In this document: piece by piece, positions 1 through 9,060 of the stretch
Position numbering within the stretch: the first letter of the stretch is position 1
How the letters are laid out: each line of letters starts with the position of its first letter
Source: Candidatus Firestoneibacteriota bacterium
GTDB lineage: Bacteria > Oederibacteriota > D2-FULL-39-29 > JBDRBU01
Direction of reading: 5' to 3'
Assembly: GCA_043822305.1 (NCBI GenBank)
Contig: JBDRBU010000085.1
Span: 1 to 42,688 of the forward strand
DNA: 42,688 nucleotides
The notes under the pieces: generated by a model
Seen by the model: the letters and a program-made list of their open reading frames with translations, nothing else
Told to the model about the DNA's origin: nothing
Database searches by the model: none
Made by a program: the position numbers and the translations under genes

Positions 1-2
1 CT

Positions 3-2441
3 GACCTTGATATTCTCGGGAAGACTACAATAGAAGTAAAAGGAAAACTGAATGAACTCGTTAATGCCGCCGGGGAAGTCGTGAGATTGGATGCCGAAAA
101 GATATTGAATGTTAAAAACAAACTGGAAGAATTCAACAAGACAGCGAATGCGGCCGAAGGCTTAAGCGTAGAAAAGATAGCGGAGATAAACGAAAAGATA
201 AACGAATTTGCCAAAGCAGCCGAGGGTGTGAACGAACTGAAAGTATTGGCAAATAGTATAGCGGAAGTAAGGAATAAGATAGATGAGTTAAGTGCGGCTG
301 AGAAAGGCGTGGAAACCTATAATGTGCAGAGGATAAACGAAGCCAGGGATGCTGTAGATAAATTCAGCAAGGTTGCGTATTCAATAGAAGGTCTGGATAT
401 CGGTAAGATAACTGATATAAGGAACAGGATAGAAGAATTTAACAAAGCTACAAAAAACATAGCGGATATAAGCATTCTTGGAAAGACCGCTATGGAAGTA
501 AAAGAAAAACTGGATGAATTTACCGTGACCGCAGGGGCAGTCGTGAGTTTAGATATAGAGAAGATAAACGTTATCAGGAACAAACTGGAGGAATTCAACA
601 AGACAACGGAGCATATCGCCGATTTTAATGTTCTCGGAAAGACAGCCATAGAAGTTAAAGAAAAGTTGAATGAATTTATCAATGTTACCGGAAAAATAGA
701 AAGTATAAATATAGATAAAATATCCAAGGCCGGAGACAAGATAAATGAATTCAACAAGGCCGTAAGGACCGTTGAAAGTTTGAATATAGAAAGAATAACT
801 GAAACAAACAATAAGATATCCGAGATTAAGAACAAGATTGAAGAATTCAAAAAGACCACGGAGAATGTGACCGACCTGAACATCCTGGGGAAAACAGTAA
901 TAGAAGTAAAAGAAAAATTAGATGAATTCATCAGGGCCGCCGGGGAAATAAGGATCCTTGATGTTGAAAAGATATCCATAATCAAGAATAAAATAGATGA
1001 ATTAAATAAGACGATAGAGAATATAACCGATTTGAATGTTTTGGGGGAAACCACGATAAAAGTAAAAGATAAACTTGATGAATTCATCAAGATAACCGGA
1101 AAGATAGAAGATATAAATATTAAAAAAATATTCAGCGTAAGAGAAAAGATAGAGGAATTTAACAAAACAGTAAATGCGGTCGAAAGTTTAAGTGTAGAAA
1201 AGATAACTGAAATAAACAACAAGATAAGTGAATTTAGTCAGGTAGCCGAAAATGTTAAAGAAGCCGTAAATAACCTTGGTAAATCTGTATATTCTATAGA
1301 AAACCTGGATATTTCCAAGATTGTGGAAATAAAAAATAGAATAGACGAATTTAACAGGGCAACAAAGGGCGTAACAGACTTGAATCTATTGAGCAGGTCC
1401 GCCATAGAGGCCAAAGAGAAATTGGGCGAGTTCATCACAACTGCGGACGAGATGGAGAAACTTGATATAGATAAAATAACAAGGACCGTGGATAAAATAA
1501 TGAAACTCAGCGGGACCGCAACAGCTATAGAAAAATTGAGTGCCGATCGTATATCCGAAATAAACGACAGTATAAATGAGTTCAATAGAGTAACAGAAAG
1601 CGTGAAAGATGTAAAGATATTAACTGATAAAATAACAAAAATTAAAAACAAAATAGAGGAATTAAACAATAGCACAAAAGATATTGAGGTTTTTGATCTT
1701 CAAAAAATAAATAAAATTAAAGAAGTTATGAATACTCTCAATAAAGAAGCAAATGCAGTGGAAAGTTTAAATGTCGGAAAAATAGTGGATATAAATAACA
1801 AGTTGAGAGAATTTAATAAGATTGGAATAATCGCAAATGGGGTAGATCTTAATAAAATCGAAGAAACAAAAGTTAAAATAAATGAATTATATAATGCTGC
1901 CTCAGCTATGGAAAAGCTGGATCATCAGAATATTTCTGATATAAAGAACAAGGTAAGTGAATTTGGCAAAATTACGAATTATGTAGAAAATTTTGATGTG
2001 AATAAGTTTGTAGAAATTAAGGATAAAGTAAATGAATTCAGCAAAACCATAGAAGATATTAAAGACATAAGTTCTTTGAAAGAAAAAATTAATGCACTTA
2101 GTCTAATAATGAATAATTTTAATAAAGAAGCGGAAAACCTTAATAAATTTGACATATTAAAATTAGTGAAATTAAATGAAGAAATAAGTAACTTAGGTAA
2201 AAACGTTAGTTTCATAGAAAATTTAAATACAGAAAAGATAGAAAAAATAAGCAAAAAAGTGGACGAATTTGGTAAAATAGCTGATATAATAAATAATTTA
2301 AGCGCTTATGAAAAAAGAATAACGGACATAGAAAAAAAGGAAGAAGAATTTAATAGCGTTATAGCCAATGTAAAAGAATTGAAAGATGCAACTGCGAAAA
2401 TTACAGGATTAGTAAACATATTAAAAGAAATTTCTAAATGA
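3..2441 (+). CDS. Long repetitive coiled-coil protein, 5'-truncated by the window edge
   Basis: The frame is open from position 3 (DLDILGKTTIEVKGKLNEL...) and continues into the tracked ORF 81..2441. Tandem 24-28 aa repeats have a K(I/L)xEF core. I saw no Pro, Cys or Trp. Confidence 0.85.
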   Translation, partial: DLDILGKTTIEVKGKLNELVNAAGEVVRLDAEKILNVKNKLEEFNKTANAAEGLSVEKIAEINEKINEFAKAAEGVNELKVLANSIAEVRNKIDELSAAEKGVETYNVQRINEARDAVDKFSKVAYSIEGLDIGKITDIRNRIEEFNKATKNIADISILGKTAMEVKEKLDEFTVTAGAVVSLDIEKINVIRNKLEEFNKTTEHIADFNVLGKTAIEVKEKLNEFINVTGKIESINIDKISKAGDKINEFNKAVRTVESLNIERITETNNKISEIKNKIEEFKKTTENVTDLNILGKTVIEVKEKLDEFIRAAGEIRILDVEKISIIKNKIDELNKTIENITDLNVLGETTIKVKDKLDEFIKITGKIEDINIKKIFSVREKIEEFNKTVNAVESLSVEKITEINNKISEFSQVAENVKEAVNNLGKSVYSIENLDISKIVEIKNRIDEFNRATKGVTDLNLLSRSAIEAKEKLGEFITTADEMEKLDIDKITRTVDKIMKLSGTATAIEKLSADRISEINDSINEFNRVTESVKDVKILTDKITKIKNKIEELNNSTKDIEVFDLQKINKIKEVMNTLNKEANAVESLNVGKIVDINNKLREFNKIGIIANGVDLNKIEETKVKINELYNAASAMEKLDHQNISDIKNKVSEFGKITNYVENFDVNKFVEIKDKVNEFSKTIEDIKDISSLKEKINALSLIMNNFNKEAENLNKFDILKLVKLNEEISNLGKNVSFIENLNTEKIEKISKKVDEFGKIADIINNLSAYEKRITDIEKKEEEFNSVIANVKELKDATAKITGLVNILKEISK

Positions 2442-2489
2442 AAGATTTATAAGTCGTTCTAAAGATTGGGCAAAAAGCCAAATAAATCA

Positions 2490-2564
2490 CGCAGGCTCAC
2501 ACCATCTTCGTGGTGCATTCCTAATTGTTTATTTTATATTAGTGAAAGTCAAGACTGCGGCTAC
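2490..2564 (-). repeat. GTAG-type REP hairpin interrupted by a ~52-bp insert
   Basis: CGCAGGC-TCA-[insert]-TCA-AGACTGCGGCTAC. Removing the insert gives CGCAGGCTCAAGACTGCGGCTAC, close to CGCAGGCTAAAGCCTGCGACTAC at 35989-36011. Confidence 0.55.
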
Positions 2565-2593
2565 AAAAAAGCTAATAATTGATGTGATTTTAT

Positions 2594-2735
2594 GTAAATC
2601 CTTACTGAAGTTAGTAATAGATTAGCAGTTGTAGTTGCCTGATTTATCAGGCAAAAGAAAAGTAACAAGAGCCCAATGAATTGGGCAACTACAAACATAT
2701 TGAATATACGGTAACGGGGTTCAGTGAATATTTAC
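2594..2735. mobile_element. MITE-like element with GTAA-ended (IS66-like) terminal inverted repeats
   Basis: Left end GTAAATCCTTACTGAA and reverse complement of the right end GTAAATATTCACTGAA match 13/16. Flanks are GATTTTAT and AATTTTAT (7/8 direct repeat). Confidence 0.65.
2629..2694. repeat. Inverted pair of GTAG-REPs (REPIN-like)
   Basis: GTAGTTGCCTGATTTATCAGGCAA ... GCCCAATGAATTGGGCAACTAC. Each unit is a hairpin, and the outer ends TTGTAGTTGCC/GGCAACTACAA are perfect inverted repeats. Confidence 0.8.
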
Positions 2736-2766
2736 AATTTTATTAGAGTAGTTTACTGGAGGAAAG

Positions 2767-3414
2767 ATGAGATTAATCATAATAGGTTTTCTGTTGTTAA
2801 ATAGTTTAAATTTACAAGCAGAAGAAGTAAAAACTTTTAAAGATTACAAGATAAAAACAGGAGATATTTTAAATATTATTGTTATTCCTCCTGTGGAATT
2901 AAGTAAAGAGGTAATAGTCCAAAAAGATGGGAATATAAATATACAACTGATAGGCAAAATAAAAGCTGAAGGTTTAAGTTTAAAAGAACTTGCAGAACTG
3001 ATAGAAAAAGAACTTATAAAATATGTTACCGGTCCCTTGGTTACTGTAACTCTTAAAGAATTCGGGACTAGAAAGGTTAGTATAATGGGTCAAGTTAAAA
3101 GTCCGGGTGGATATGATTTTCGCGATGGGTTAAGGATACTTGAACTTTTATCGATTTGCGGAGGTTTCACAAATGACGGTGATCTTACTGCTGTAAAGAT
3201 TTTCAGAGGGAAAGATCCTAAAACTGTTATTGAAGTGAACATGGAAGATGTAATAGATAGAGGGGATATGAAAAAGAACATTGAGATTGAAGTTGATGAT
3301 ATTGTTTATATTCCACAGAAAGCATTATCCGCGTTTAATTGGTTTTTAGGCAATATATTTCCTGTATTAACTTTGGTTTCAACTTTACTTACATTATATC
3401 TGGTGGTGAAATAA
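2767..3414 (+). CDS. wza: Polysaccharide export protein (Poly_export + SLBB)
   Basis: Signal peptide, YKIKTGDILNI...DGNINIQLIG, SLBB GQVKSPG...GGFT; GGAGG RBS. Confidence 0.85.
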   Translation: MRLIIIGFLLLNSLNLQAEEVKTFKDYKIKTGDILNIIVIPPVELSKEVIVQKDGNINIQLIGKIKAEGLSLKELAELIEKELIKYVTGPLVTVTLKEFGTRKVSIMGQVKSPGGYDFRDGLRILELLSICGGFTNDGDLTAVKIFRGKDPKTVIEVNMEDVIDRGDMKKNIEIEVDDIVYIPQKALSAFNWFLGNIFPVLTLVSTLLTLYLVVK

Positions 3415-3416
3415 AT

Positions 3417-5237
3417 ATGGCACATCAAGAGCTTACTTTATCCGATTACTGGAAAATTTTTAACAAAAGAAAATATGTAATAGTATTTTCTATTGTTTTA
3501 ATGCTTATGTCAACCTACATATTTACCATGGCGCAAAAAACAATTTATAAGGCTCAAACACTTATTAAAATTGATGTGACAAATGTTGTGCCAGGAACAG
3601 ATCCTATTGATACAGAGATAAGGATTGCAAAAAGCAGGGAGGTAGTAGAAATCGCTTTGGAGACGCTTAAGATTCCAGAAACTGTAAGTGAATTTCAGGA
3701 TGAAATTGAATGTGAACAGGTAGTCGCTAGCAATAGGATTCAAATAACCGCATATGCAAGCAATGCAAAAGACACTGTAAAAAAAACGAATGCTATTGCT
3801 AATGCTTATATAAAGAGAAGTATGGAACAAAGAAACAAAGCAGCCAATGATCAAAAACAATATATTGCCGTACAATTAGAACAACAAAAAATAGAACTTT
3901 CTAAAGCTGAAGAAAAATTAAGGGATTTTAAAGCAAAAGGCAATGCTTCCGGAATGGCTACTGCATATGCAAGTAAGCTTATAGATTTGAATTCAGACCT
4001 GGCAGGTCTTTTAAATTCTTATACCGAAGAACACCCTGAGGTTGTAAAAAGAAAAGCAGAAATTAAATATCTTGAAAATCAGGTAAAAACACTTTCACAA
4101 CAAGATTTGGAATTGATAAGAATGATGAGAGAAGTATCAATTATAGAAGTTCTATATAGTAATCTACGAAAAAAATATCAAGAAGCAGAAATAAACGAAG
4201 CTGGTAAGATTCAATCAGCGGTTATAGAAAGCGCCGCTCAAGAACCGAAAAACCCTGTTAAACCTAATAAAAAGTTAAATATGATTATTGGAGGATTTTT
4301 AGGTTTTATAATCGGAAGTATTATCATTTTTATACTTGAAAGTTTCGATACAAGTATAGCTAATGTTGAAGATCTTGAGGCGTTTATGGAGATACCAGTC
4401 TTGGGTCTGATACCTCATGCAGGTGAAAATTCAGAAAGGAGAGGGAGTATCTTTTCAAGGATGGTCAAGCGAGACGATATTAAATATTTTAGAGACAATT
4501 TTATTAGTTGGCATTCAAAAAAGTCTATTTTAGTTGAATCTTATCATACTTTAAGAACAAATGTTTATTTCAATATGGAAAAAGATGGCAGGAAATCATT
4601 ATTCTTTGCAAGTTCAGGTCCTGGCGAAGGTAAAACATTTAATGCTGTAAATTTTGCACTTTCGGTTGCAGAGAGCGGTAAACGAGTAGTTTTAATAGAA
4701 TCAGACTTAAGAAGGCCTATAATTCATAGATTATTAGGGTTGAAAAGAGAAGACGGCTTAACTGATATAATACTTGGTAATATTAATTGGTCAGAGGGTT
4801 TAAAAGGCACTCCAGATTTGCTTATGGGCGGTTTTAAGTTTGATGATATTATTAAAATACCCGGGATGGAGAATCTTAAGATAATTACTTGTGGAACTGT
4901 GTATTCAAATCCTATTGATTTGATAAATTCAGATAAAATTGAAAAACTTATTTCTGACTTGAAAAATAATTTTGATATTTTAGTTTTTGACTGCCCACCG
5001 GTGTTGCTGTTCGCCGACGCCACAATAATGGCTTCAAAAGTTGATGCAAGTATTTTGGTTTATCAGTCAGGAAAAACGTCCAAGATTGCATTAAAAAGGG
5101 CCAAGACGCAATTAGATAATGTAAATTCGAAAATATTAGGCATAGTCCTAAATGACGCGAACCTTCAACTGATACCGTATTATGGGAGCTACTATTATTC
5201 ATCGAGATATTATAAAGAAAAAGATAGAGACTCCTAA
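3417..5237 (+). CDS. wzc: Polysaccharide co-polymerase / BY tyrosine kinase
   Basis: Two TM segments and a coiled coil, Walker A GPGEGKT, A' ESDLRRP, B FDCPP, C-terminal Tyr cluster YYGSYYYSSRYY. Start moved to ATG 3417 just after the wza stop. Confidence 0.92.
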   Translation: MAHQELTLSDYWKIFNKRKYVIVFSIVLMLMSTYIFTMAQKTIYKAQTLIKIDVTNVVPGTDPIDTEIRIAKSREVVEIALETLKIPETVSEFQDEIECEQVVASNRIQITAYASNAKDTVKKTNAIANAYIKRSMEQRNKAANDQKQYIAVQLEQQKIELSKAEEKLRDFKAKGNASGMATAYASKLIDLNSDLAGLLNSYTEEHPEVVKRKAEIKYLENQVKTLSQQDLELIRMMREVSIIEVLYSNLRKKYQEAEINEAGKIQSAVIESAAQEPKNPVKPNKKLNMIIGGFLGFIIGSIIIFILESFDTSIANVEDLEAFMEIPVLGLIPHAGENSERRGSIFSRMVKRDDIKYFRDNFISWHSKKSILVESYHTLRTNVYFNMEKDGRKSLFFASSGPGEGKTFNAVNFALSVAESGKRVVLIESDLRRPIIHRLLGLKREDGLTDIILGNINWSEGLKGTPDLLMGGFKFDDIIKIPGMENLKIITCGTVYSNPIDLINSDKIEKLISDLKNNFDILVFDCPPVLLFADATIMASKVDASILVYQSGKTSKIALKRAKTQLDNVNSKILGIVLNDANLQLIPYYGSYYYSSRYYKEKDRDS

Positions 5238-6625
5238 TGCATAAAAACACAATCATCGCCTTATTCATGATTGTTATTATATCTATTTTGATTTCGTTTT
5301 TTATTCCTTTGGTAAAACCAGAGACATTGATAGGGCTTGTTCTATGTTTACTTATAGGATTAATTTCTTTTTTTAAAATAGAATTTGGAATATATATTTT
5401 GATTTTTTCTATGCTCCTTTCTCCGGAAATTAAGATTGGTGATGTTCCAGGTAGAGCCATAATAGTCAGGGCAGATGATTTAATTTTTATTGTAATTTTA
5501 TTTGTATGGTTTAGTCGTGTTGCAATTTCAAAAGAAATAAGGTTTTTAAAACATACACCTTTAAACCCCCCTCTTTTAATATATTCCGTTATCTGTGTTA
5601 TTTTTACTTTAAAAGGTGTTTTATTGGAAGATGTATATTACATTAAAGGATTCTTTTTTGTTTTAAAATATATTCAATATTTTCTTATTTTTTTTCTTGT
5701 GGTTAATATATGTAAGGATGAAAAAGATGTAAAAAAATATTTAATAGCGGGATTAATAACCTGTATAATTGTTGTTATCTACGGATACATCCAAATAATC
5801 GCTGGAGTGAGAGTATCTGCTCCTTTTGAAACTGCAATTGGAGAAAGAGTACAAAGCGGTGAACCGGGCACCATTGGTGTATATTTTGTGATAGTTTTTG
5901 GAATTTTATTAGGTTGTTTTCTTTACATTTCAAAAGTCACTACAAAAATACGGGTTTTATTATTTTTCCTTTCTATGTTACCGCCTTTTTTACAAACTTT
6001 ATCTAGAGCATCATACATATCTTTTGCTGTATTATTTTTAACGGCTTTTGTTCTTGCAAAAAAGCACAAATTACTGCTTTTAACCATTCTTTTTTTTAGT
6101 CTAATATTTTTACCAATTATTTTACCGGAAAATGTTATAAATAGAATTCAAGAGACTTTTAAAGGAAAAACAACAGTGGAGGAAACAAATGTTAAGCTTG
6201 ATGCATCTAGTATTGGTAGGATAGAAAGTTGGACTATGATATTAAAAGAAAAACTACCAAACCATTTTTTAACAGGCTACGGTATTACCGGGGTAGGTTT
6301 TGTAGATGGGCAGTATTTTAGAATCCTGGGGGAACTTGGTGTTATTGGTTTAGGCGTATTTATTTGGATGCTGGTTACAATATTTAAGATTGGTTGGAGA
6401 CTTTATAACATAGCTGATAATGAATTTACAAAGTCTTTAGCCTTTGGATATATAATTGGTTTTGTTGGTTTACTTGCAAATGCTATAACAACCAACACTT
6501 TTATGATTGTAAGGGTAATGGAGCCTTTTTGGTTTATGACTGCACTTATAATGGTGCTATATGAACAAAAATTAACAGTAAAAAAGGCGGCAGAAAAGAT
6601 ACCGCTTACTATGGAGAAAACATGA
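5237..6625 (+). CDS. O-antigen ligase / Wzy polymerase family membrane protein
   Basis: Multiple TM helices, TLSRASY, SSIGRIESW, GYG...ELGVIGL motifs. Confidence 0.8.
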   Translation: MHKNTIIALFMIVIISILISFFIPLVKPETLIGLVLCLLIGLISFFKIEFGIYILIFSMLLSPEIKIGDVPGRAIIVRADDLIFIVILFVWFSRVAISKEIRFLKHTPLNPPLLIYSVICVIFTLKGVLLEDVYYIKGFFFVLKYIQYFLIFFLVVNICKDEKDVKKYLIAGLITCIIVVIYGYIQIIAGVRVSAPFETAIGERVQSGEPGTIGVYFVIVFGILLGCFLYISKVTTKIRVLLFFLSMLPPFLQTLSRASYISFAVLFLTAFVLAKKHKLLLLTILFFSLIFLPIILPENVINRIQETFKGKTTVEETNVKLDASSIGRIESWTMILKEKLPNHFLTGYGITGVGFVDGQYFRILGELGVIGLGVFIWMLVTIFKIGWRLYNIADNEFTKSLAFGYIIGFVGLLANAITTNTFMIVRVMEPFWFMTALIMVLYEQKLTVKKAAEKIPLTMEKT

Positions 6626-7203
6626 AGATTTTAAAGAACATATTTAAGAAAGTACTCTGCTTTATAAGAGGGGTAAGATCCGGAAGAAATGTATTTCTTT
6701 CTCCCGCGGCAACAATTAAAGGCAGAGATATTTTTCTAGCCGATAATGTTGTAGTGGAAGGAAGAGCAAGGCTTATTACTAACAACGGAGGAAGCATTGA
6801 ATTGGGGGAGAATACCTATGTTGAGCCATATGTACTTTTAAAAGCAAATGGAGGGAAAATAAAAACCGGAAGAAACTGTACAATTAATGATTTTGTTGTT
6901 CTGTATGGGCATGGAGGGTTGACTATAGGCAACGATGTACACATATCTACAAGGGTTACAATAGTGCCGGCAAACCATATTTACGAAAATCCGGATATTT
7001 TAATTTCAAAACAAGGTGAAACAAAACTCGGAATTATAATTGAAGATGATGTTTGGATAGGTGCAGGAGCAATCATTCTTGATGGTGTAGTGATAGGCAA
7101 AGGAAGCGTGATAGGTGCGGGCGCGGTTGTAACAAAGAGTATTCCTCCGTTTTCCGTAGCAGCAGGCGTTCCTGCCAGAATTATAAAAAAAAGGGGTGTA
7201 TGA
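6622..7203 (+). CDS. Hexapeptide-repeat (LbH) O-acyltransferase
   Basis: IIIEDDVWIGAGAIILDGVVIGKGSVIGAGAVVTK...AGVPARII. Confidence 0.9.
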   Translation: MKILKNIFKKVLCFIRGVRSGRNVFLSPAATIKGRDIFLADNVVVEGRARLITNNGGSIELGENTYVEPYVLLKANGGKIKTGRNCTINDFVVLYGHGGLTIGNDVHISTRVTIVPANHIYENPDILISKQGETKLGIIIEDDVWIGAGAIILDGVVIGKGSVIGAGAVVTKSIPPFSVAAGVPARIIKKRGV

Positions 7204-7868
7204 ACATAAAAATAGTTTTATTTGCAGCGGCTAATTTAAAAAAAGATGAAATATTTAAGAAAAACATTCTAGAGATAGGTTCTTTTGATTTTAACGGAAG
7301 TATTAGGCCGGTAATAATGTCTTTAAAACCGAGAAAGTACATTGGTGTCGACATAGTAAAAGGCAGCGGAGTGGACAAAGTTTGCAGGGTCGAAGATCTG
7401 TTGCTGGAATTCGGCCAAGAGCGATTTGACATGGTAATCTCGACGGAATTGTTGGAGCATGTAAGGGATTGGCGGCTTGCTATTCACAATATAAAAAATA
7501 TCTGCAAGCCGAAGGGGATAATTTTTATCAGCACCAGGTCGTACGGTTTTCCTTTTCATGGTTATCCGGATGATTATTGGAGGTACGAAATAAAAGATTT
7601 GAAACATATTTTTGGCGACTGTGATATTTGTAAAATTGAATCTGACAATCTGGGTGGAGTTATGGTCAAGGTAAAAAAGCCCGTGAAGTTCATTGAAAAG
7701 GATCTGTCAAAGTATAATCTGTATTCGATTGTAACGGATAAAAGAGTCCTGAAAATTTGTGATAAAGACTTGAAATCCTTAAGATTTAGATTGTTTGTTT
7801 TGAAGTCAAAAATAAAGAACGCGGTTATAGGATCATTAAGGTCAGCGGGAAAGTTTATGGGGTTTTAA
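7200..7868 (+). CDS. Class I SAM-dependent methyltransferase
   Basis: ILEIGS, YIGVD, FDMVISTELLEHV, HGYPDDYWR. Confidence 0.8.
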   Translation: MNIKIVLFAAANLKKDEIFKKNILEIGSFDFNGSIRPVIMSLKPRKYIGVDIVKGSGVDKVCRVEDLLLEFGQERFDMVISTELLEHVRDWRLAIHNIKNICKPKGIIFISTRSYGFPFHGYPDDYWRYEIKDLKHIFGDCDICKIESDNLGGVMVKVKKPVKFIEKDLSKYNLYSIVTDKRVLKICDKDLKSLRFRLFVLKSKIKNAVIGSLRSAGKFMGF

Positions 7869-7891
7869 TATTGATAAGGGGTGAACTTTAA

Positions 7892-8863
7892 ATGGAATAC
7901 ATTGATTGTTCTGTTTGTCATTCGAAGACCACCAAACTACTATTGGTCACGAAAGATTACGACTGGGGTATACCCGGTGAATTTAATATTGTGCGCTGTG
8001 ATGAATGTGGTCTTGTTTATGTGAATCCGAGGCCTGATAAAAATGAAATACAAAAATATTACCCGGAAAATTATTTTTACACAGTAAATAAGGAGGACTT
8101 ATATAAGGAAGCAATAAAGTCAATAATCTTTAAAAGAAGAGTTAACTTTTTGGAAAAATTCGGCAAATCCGGGAAATTGCTTGATGTTGGAACAGGAGAC
8201 GGTTTGTTCCTGAAAATATTAACCGATAAAGGATGGGATGTCTCTGGAGTGGAACCTTCTATTACGGCAGCTAGTTTCGCAAAAAGCAAACTTAACCTGA
8301 AAATTTACAACAGTGGACTTAAAGAAGCAAATCTGAAAGAAAAAGAATTTGATTTTATAAGTATGTGGGAAGTGCTGGAGCATATATCCGATCCAAACGA
8401 GAATATAAAGGAAGTTTGCCGGCTTCTTAAAGATGATGGTGCTTTTATTTTTAGTGTACCGAATTTTAACAGCCTTCAAAGATTATTATTTAACAAATAC
8501 TGGTACGGGTTGAAAGCCCCGACCCACCTATATCATTATACATCTAAAACTGTTAGAAAATTGCTTTCAAATAATGGGTTTAAGGATGTGAAAATTTATA
8601 ACAGTTTGATTAATGTTAAGAATCCGCTTCCCGGATATTCTGACAGTTTAAGATATATGTTAAGCGACTTGAATTTGTATCCAAAAAGACAAAATCTTGT
8701 CAGAGTAGAAAATACTATAACCGTTAAGGGAAAGCCAAATATGAGAAAAATACCAGCAGCCATCTTGCATTTTATAGAATTTATAGTATTTGGAACCCTG
8801 GAGATAATCAGCTTTTGTTTTGGCCGGACAGCCACCTTATTTGTAGTGGCCAAAAAGGAATAA
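7892..8863 (+). CDS. Class I SAM-dependent methyltransferase with N-terminal CxxC/CxxC
   Basis: CSVC...CDEC, LLDVGTGDG, WEVLEHISDP, PTHLYHY. Confidence 0.85.
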   Translation: MEYIDCSVCHSKTTKLLLVTKDYDWGIPGEFNIVRCDECGLVYVNPRPDKNEIQKYYPENYFYTVNKEDLYKEAIKSIIFKRRVNFLEKFGKSGKLLDVGTGDGLFLKILTDKGWDVSGVEPSITAASFAKSKLNLKIYNSGLKEANLKEKEFDFISMWEVLEHISDPNENIKEVCRLLKDDGAFIFSVPNFNSLQRLLFNKYWYGLKAPTHLYHYTSKTVRKLLSNNGFKDVKIYNSLINVKNPLPGYSDSLRYMLSDLNLYPKRQNLVRVENTITVKGKPNMRKIPAAILHFIEFIVFGTLEIISFCFGRTATLFVVAKKE

Positions 8864-8930
8864 TATAAAATTAAAAAAGTTTAGAAAACCTGTAAATAGT
8901 CAGTAAAAGCCGTGAGGATTATATTTCCAT

Positions 8931-9035
8931 ATTCCCCCTTTGTTAAGGGGGATCAAGGGGGTTGTTGTATTGAAATTTCGTGTAAAAAGGCAAATTATTA
9001 AAACAACCCCCTAAACCCCTTTATTAAGGGGGAAT
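8931..9035. repeat. Inverted pair of CCCCCTT..AAGGGGG hairpin repeats
   Basis: ATTCCCCCTTTGTTAAGGGGGATCAAGGGGGTTGTT (8931-8966) and AACAACCCCCTAAACCCCTTTATTAAGGGGGAAT (9002-9035) are near reverse complements. Confidence 0.8.
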
Positions 9036-9060
9036 TATCAGGCATAAGGTTAAAAATGAT

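Noticed and set aside
317..2254. Long antisense ORFs (317..1222, 1238..1675, 1979..2254)
   Set aside because: Shadows of the repetitive K/E/I/N-rich sense gene, with F/L/S/I-rich translations and no motifs.
3339..3416. Longer wzc start at 3339
   Set aside because: Overlaps wza by 76 nt; ATG 3417 follows the wza stop and gives a typical N-terminus.
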